Translations under genes and position numbers: made by a program
DNA from: Flavobacteriales bacterium
Lineage (GTDB): Bacteria > Bacteroidota > Bacteroidia > Flavobacteriales_F > PHOS-HE28
Reading direction: 5' to 3'
Assembly: GCA_041391845.1 (NCBI GenBank)
Contig: JAWKNG010000003.1
Location: 85,829-149,828, forward strand
Length of the DNA: 64,000 nucleotides
The notes under the pieces: generated by a model
Told to the model about the DNA's origin: nothing
Databases searched by the model: none
Seen by the model: the letters and a program-made list of their open reading frames with translations, nothing else
In this document: positions 62,512 to 64,000 of the stretch, piece by piece
Position numbering within the stretch: position 1 is the first letter of the stretch
Layout of the letters: each line of letters begins with the position of its first letter

Positions 62512-64000
62512 ATGGAACGATACGACCTCGTCATCATTGGTGGTGGACCCGCCGGACATGCCGCCGCGATGCGTGCCATCGACCTTGGCATGCGCGTCAT
62601 GCTGGTGGAGCGTGACCGTATCGGTGGCACAGGCATCTACAACGGCGCACTCGCCTCCAAGACCCTTTGGGAAATGGCCATGCGTGTTTCAAGCACCAAC
62701 GAGCTGATGCGCAAGCGTGGACGCGAGCCCCTGAGGCTTGAATGGGACGAGGTGCACCGTACGCTGCAGGAAGCCATGTTCGAGCGTAAATACCTCTACG
62801 CCTGCCATATGCAGCTGCTGTCCGAACAACGGAACGAGCACGGATCGCCGCTCTTCACCTATGAGCGGGGTGAGGCACACTTCATCAGCCCGCATGTGCT
62901 CGAGATCCGCCGTACCGATGGTGCCCGTCATGTGGAAGCTGAACACATCATCATTGCCACCGGTAGCCGTCCACGCTCCTCGAACGAGCTGCCAATGGAC
63001 GGGGTGAACGTGCTCACGAGCGACCACGTCTTCGGCCTTGATGCCCCCCCCGAAAGCATCGTCATCATTGGCGCAGGCGTCATCGGATGCGAGTTCGCGA
63101 CCATCTTCTCCAACCTCGGACGCACCCGGGTGCACCTCATCGACAGGGCGGAACGTATCCTGCCCTTCGAGGATGAGGATGTTTCCGAACTGGTTTCGCG
63201 CGAAATGGAACGGCGTGGGGTCATCATCCATCGGAACGCCAAGCTCGACCGCCTTGTGGTGCATGCGGATGGACCTGCCGATGGCCGCGTCTCCTATGAG
63301 CTGTCCTACCCGGACGGCCGCCGCGAAACCGTGCGGGTGTCAAAGGCTCTTCTTTCGATCGGCCGTGTGGCGAACACGGACCGTCTTGGACTGGAGTTGG
63401 CTGGAATGGCCTTGGACGAACGCGGTCAACCCGTGCTCAACGGCACTGCAACTTCGCTGCCCCACGTTCATGTGGTGGGCGATGCGACCGGCAGCAACAT
63501 GCTGGTGAACCTCGGCGAGCTGGAAGGGCGCCACGCCGTTGAGGTGCTGGCGGGCATTCGCAGCGATGTGCCGAGCTACGCGAACATGAGCACCATCATG
63601 TTCCTTGATCCCGAGGTGGCCGGTGTGGGGCTCAACGAAATGGAGTGCCGTGCACGCGGCATCCCTTACCGGATGGCCCGTATCGACTACAGCTGCCTTG
63701 CGCGCGCGATCGCCATGCGACGCACACGCGGGTTCTTCAAGGTCCTTGTGACCGACGATGCGGAAATGCGTGTGATCGGCATGAGGGCCGTGGGCGAACA
63801 TGCATCCAGTGCGATCCAGGCGGTCGCCCTGATGATCCGCCAGGGGACACCGGTGCGTGAACTGGCGGAGCTGCTCCACCCCCACCCCAGCATCACCGAA
63901 GGTGTTCAGGAATGTGCCCGCATGCTGACCGGCACCAGCATCTTCAAGCCTGAAGTGCTCGGCGACAAATTGCGCTGCAGCCGCTGGGCTCCGGTCGTGA
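62512..64000 (+). CDS. Dihydrolipoyl dehydrogenase-like FAD/NAD(P) oxidoreductase (3' end outside the window). It lacks the redox-active CxxxxC. It is not in the supplied ORF track because it has no stop in the window.
   Basis: Hand translation from ATG 62512: MERYDLVIIGGGPAGHAAAMRA (FAD GxGxxG), IVIIGAGVIGCEFA (NAD GxGxxG), VHVVGDATG, HPHPSITE (dimerisation-domain His-Glu). It is open to position 64000. Confidence 0.8.
   Translation, partial: MERYDLVIIGGGPAGHAAAMRAIDLGMRVMLVERDRIGGTGIYNGALASKTLWEMAMRVSSTNELMRKRGREPLRLEWDEVHRTLQEAMFERKYLYACHMQLLSEQRNEHGSPLFTYERGEAHFISPHVLEIRRTDGARHVEAEHIIIATGSRPRSSNELPMDGVNVLTSDHVFGLDAPPESIVIIGAGVIGCEFATIFSNLGRTRVHLIDRAERILPFEDEDVSELVSREMERRGVIIHRNAKLDRLVVHADGPADGRVSYELSYPDGRRETVRVSKALLSIGRVANTDRLGLELAGMALDERGQPVLNGTATSLPHVHVVGDATGSNMLVNLGELEGRHAVEVLAGIRSDVPSYANMSTIMFLDPEVAGVGLNEMECRARGIPYRMARIDYSCLARAIAMRRTRGFFKVLVTDDAEMRVIGMRAVGEHASSAIQAVALMIRQGTPVRELAELLHPHPSITEGVQECARMLTGTSIFKPEVLGDKLRCSRWAPVV

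Noticed and set aside
1-64000. Mobile elements, prophage, tRNA or rRNA genes
   Set aside because: I found no transposase, integrase or phage-like proteins in any called frame. No cloverleaf-like or rRNA-like conserved segments appear in the short intergenic regions. The duplicated module at 30.9-35.2 kb has no terminal inverted repeats or target-site duplications that I could see.

Overview
GC-rich window, roughly two-thirds G+C by eye, that reads as a chromosomal segment of a Bacteroidota-type genome. The evidence is many type IX secretion (T9SS) C-terminal sorting domains, a PorP/SprF gene, and typical neighbourhoods (rsmD-coaD, NUDIX-pyrE-SRPBCC, tgt-lptF/G). The content falls into four blocks. 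(1) 1-19.3 kb holds pfkA plus three giant T9SS cargo genes. One is a type-B (CHU_C) protein with 12 Ig-like repeats. The other two are tandem paralogues with a gingipain(C25)-like head and long arrays of about 40-aa Cys-rich modules. One paralogue carries a nearly sequence-identical 117/123-nt and 147-nt tandem array, and its reading frame is broken in three noisy zones. (2) 19.7-30.9 kb is a compact orphan hybrid NRPS-PKS cluster: A-PCP-KS-AT-ACP-aminotransferase, then C-A-PCP-TE, then an Sfp-type PPTase. This is the most interesting system in the window. (3) 30.9-36.8 kb is a tandemly duplicated two-gene module (a small CTD protein plus a delta-60-repeat T9SS protein). It lies behind a RecD-like helicase whose leader carries a 20-bp tandem repeat. 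(4) 36.9-64 kb is mostly housekeeping: rsmD, coaD, pyrE, MsbA-like ABC, rsmG, sigma factor, GT2, tgt, LptF/G, acyl-CoA synthetase, SCO, ABC-F. It ends with a type-B T9SS cargo/PD40/PorP operon and a partial flavoprotein disulfide-reductase-like gene. I saw no rRNA, tRNA, CRISPR array, transposase or integrase. Several genes carry local frame breaks, often at short homopolymers or inside repeats. I suspect consensus or assembly indels at least as much as real pseudogenes, so every pseudogene call here is provisional. Many long ORFs in the supplied track are antisense shadows typical of GC-rich DNA and are not called.
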